Positions 61,680 to 64,000 of a stretch of DNA of 64,000 bases are shown one piece after another. Position 1 is the stretch's first letter. Each line of letters starts with the position of its first letter. The stretch is from an uncultured Flavobacteriales bacterium (GTDB lineage: Bacteria > Bacteroidota > Bacteroidia > CAIKAF01), in the NCBI GenBank assembly GCA_903837495.1, contig CAILUT010000011.1:1946-65945 (forward strand), written 5' to 3'. Both the position numbers and the translations under genes were made by a program. The notes under the pieces are model-generated. The model worked only from the letters and a program-made list of their open reading frames with translations. It did no database searches and had not been told where the DNA came from.

Positions 61680-62876
61680 ATGTTGAAATTCCTTTCGCTG
61701 TTTCTGGTTTTTTTGAGCGGTTCGATGCTGAGGGCGCAAATTCCCGGCTGTATTGATCCCGCGGCCAGCAACTACAACCCAGCAGCCACCTTCAACGATG
61801 GAGGTTGTATTTATGGCCCAAGCAGTGCTGCCCCTCTTTTATTGGCCACATTGAGCGACAGTCTAAGCGAGCTGTCAGGATTAATCAAAGCCTGCCAAAA
61901 TTTGTTGGGGCACAACGACGGCGGAAATGAGGACCGGTTGTTTCGCCTTCAGGGCAATACCGGCGCTGTTTTGAACTCCAGTCCCCTGCCTTTGGCCCTT
62001 ACAGACTGGGAAGACCTGGCTGTTGGACCTGCGCATGTATTTTTGGGCGATTTCGGCAACAACGCAGGTCAAAGAGATACCCTATCCATTTATAGGTTGG
62101 CCCTAAACGAAGTGTGCAACGGCAGCATACAAAGCATCGACACCTTGCGGTTTTGGTATGCCGATGCGCCCACAGGAACCCTGCATGCCGACTCCCACAA
62201 TTTAGACTGCGAAGCCATGGCGGTGTACCGCGACAGCCTATGGTTGTTTTCAAAAAACCGAATGGGCAACCAAGTTCGAATTTACGGATTGCCCAGCTTG
62301 CCAGGCTTGTATGGGATTCAGGCCTTAGATTCCATACCGATAGTGGGGCAAATAACCGGTGCCGATATATTGGGCGACAGCTGTATGGCACTGGTGGGTT
62401 ACGCCCCTCCATTTTATGTTCCCTTTTTAGTTTTGGGATTTGCCTCAGATTTGGGTGCACCTTGGAAAGGGTGTTTGAGAAGAATAGACTTGGGCTCGGT
62501 TTTGCAAATGGGTCAATTGGAGGCCGTATGCTTTTGGTCGGGCACGGAGCTTCGTTTGGGCAGCGAGGCGGTTTCGGCGCTTGGCCTTGGACCTAGGTTG
62601 TATGGCCTGAATGTGAGCTCATTTCTACTGCTTCCGAGTTTGGGCATACCCCCCTCAGAATCGGCTAGCGCGCTTTGGTGTAAAAAGAAAGCCAACGAGA
62701 TTGAAATTCGTGGACTTGTTCCTGGAAAAGAACTAGAATTGGTAAATGAAAGCGGAAAAAGTCTATGGAGGCAAACTGCAGGTGGTTCAACGGAACGAAT
62801 TCAATTGGTAGCGCACAGCGACACGGTAATTTGCCGTCAAGGTGAAAAGCGGAGTCGATGTTTGATTGAGCGTTAA
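61680..62876 (+). CDS. secreted hypothetical protein (beta-propeller-like)
   Basis: signal peptide, GCIDPAASNYNPAATFNDGGC motif, ELSGL, HNDGG, DWEDL, GDFGNN, DCEA. Confidence 0.72.
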   Translation: MLKFLSLFLVFLSGSMLRAQIPGCIDPAASNYNPAATFNDGGCIYGPSSAAPLLLATLSDSLSELSGLIKACQNLLGHNDGGNEDRLFRLQGNTGAVLNSSPLPLALTDWEDLAVGPAHVFLGDFGNNAGQRDTLSIYRLALNEVCNGSIQSIDTLRFWYADAPTGTLHADSHNLDCEAMAVYRDSLWLFSKNRMGNQVRIYGLPSLPGLYGIQALDSIPIVGQITGADILGDSCMALVGYAPPFYVPFLVLGFASDLGAPWKGCLRRIDLGSVLQMGQLEAVCFWSGTELRLGSEAVSALGLGPRLYGLNVSSFLLLPSLGIPPSESASALWCKKKANEIEIRGLVPGKELELVNESGKSLWRQTAGGSTERIQLVAHSDTVICRQGEKRSRCLIER

Positions 62877-62922
62877 GAAAACCTAGCAAAACCCAGTCTT
62901 TCTTTAAAACCCTTGAATCAAA

Positions 62923-64000
62923 TCATCTGGCGGTTGGAATAAACTCCAGCTGAAGATGGTAGGCCAAGAAACTTAAAACATCAACGGCCTCGTTGATTTC
63001 GGCAGTCAAGGCCCTTCCGGCCCCGTGCCCTGCCCCTTTGTCAATGCGCAACAAAACGGGATTGGCAGGATGTGCGCCGGCTTGAAGAGCGGCTCCAAAC
63101 TTATAGCTGTGCGAAGGAACGACCCGGTCGTCGTGGTCTGCCGTTAATACCAAAGTAGCAGGGTAAACTTGCCCCGGTTGAATGGAGTGAAGTGGAGAAT
63201 ACGATTTAAGGTAGCTGCGGTAGGGTTCTGTTTCTGGATCTCCGTATTCCACCATCCAGGCTCGACCAATGGTAAAGGTATGGTAGCGCATCATATCCAG
63301 CACTCCAACAGCCGGCAAGGCAACCTTAAACAAATCGGGGCGGCGCGTCATAACGGCCCCAACCAGCAAACCTCCATTGCTTCGGCCGTGTACAGCCAAA
63401 TGCGAGGGACTGGTGTAGCCCTGTTTTATTAGGTATTCTGCGGCTTCTTCCATGTCGAGAAACACCCTTTTCTTATTTAGCAACATCCCCTGTTCGTGCC
63501 ATTTTTCACCAAATTCAGAGCCCCCGCGCAAAGCCGGAACAACAACCATGCCCCCCATTTCAGCAAAGGCGTGAAACCAAGGCTTATAAAAAGGCAAAAT
63601 AGGGATATTGAACCCTCCATATCCATACAGCAAGCAAGGTTTTGGGCCTTGAATTTGGGTGTTTTCCATAATGAAAACGGGGATGCGCACCCCATCGCTT
63701 CCTACAAAGGTTTCTTGGCGCAAACTTACCTTTTGAGGCACATTTTCGCGCTTGGGTTGGTGCAGTATTTCGGGCTTTTCGGCGCCCCAAGTCCATTTCA
63801 AAGAAACTCCGGGGCTAGAATGCGACTGCAGGCCTACGTACAAATGTGGGCTTTCTTCTTCAACCGAAATGCCGGAAATGGATCCTAAAAAGGGAAGTTC
63901 AAAAGAAAAACCTTGCCCCTGTTCAGGGACATATTCAAGTACAGAAACCACAGAATCAATGCAATGAGCCACCCAGCCTTGCTGCCAACGGTGGCAAGAC
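62923..64000 (-). CDS. prolyl oligopeptidase (S9A), 5' end outside window
   Basis: LYGYGGF, RGGSEFGEKWH, GRSNGGLL (Ser), DHDDRV (Asp), AGHG (His). Confidence 0.95.
   Translation of the reverse strand, partial: SCHRWQQGWVAHCIDSVVSVLEYVPEQGQGFSFELPFLGSISGISVEEESPHLYVGLQSHSSPGVSLKWTWGAEKPEILHQPKRENVPQKVSLRQETFVGSDGVRIPVFIMENTQIQGPKPCLLYGYGGFNIPILPFYKPWFHAFAEMGGMVVVPALRGGSEFGEKWHEQGMLLNKKRVFLDMEEAAEYLIKQGYTSPSHLAVHGRSNGGLLVGAVMTRRPDLFKVALPAVGVLDMMRYHTFTIGRAWMVEYGDPETEPYRSYLKSYSPLHSIQPGQVYPATLVLTADHDDRVVPSHSYKFGAALQAGAHPANPVLLRIDKGAGHGAGRALTAEINEAVDVLSFLAYHLQLEFIPTAR

Overview
Chromosomal housekeeping-rich segment of a Bacteroidota (Flavobacteriia-like) bacterium. The assignment rests on repeated TAnnTTTG -7 promoter motifs, several proteins with type IX secretion (T9SS) C-terminal domains, a complete moxR-bat operon and a mevalonate gene cluster. 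About 55 CDSs are supportable, including serC/serA, sppA, ribF, pdhA/pdhC, tatA, a TrkA-family gene, mce, recF, batA-E, cinA, gap, nadC, rlmH, obgE, rarA, gltX, folB, HMG-CoA reductase, IDI-2 and two M43 protease paralogues. I saw no rRNA, tRNA, CRISPR array, transposase or prophage gene. The most notable unexplained feature is a dispersed family of six complete (plus one partial) ~143-nt intergenic elements. Each folds into one long rod-like hairpin with invariant motifs (GGGATTGA ... GCGACYTTRGGAGC ... GAAAGCCCG). Their arms differ in sequence but keep pairing by compensatory changes, the core length is nearly constant (125-127 nt), copies share segments in a mosaic pattern, and five of six sit 8-15 nt after a stop codon in the same polarity. 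Also noted: a di-heme cytochrome c lipoprotein split by a single-base frameshift, a 32-glutamine run in BatC, and a sensor kinase with an apparent internal duplication. All product calls are from motif recognition, not database searches.
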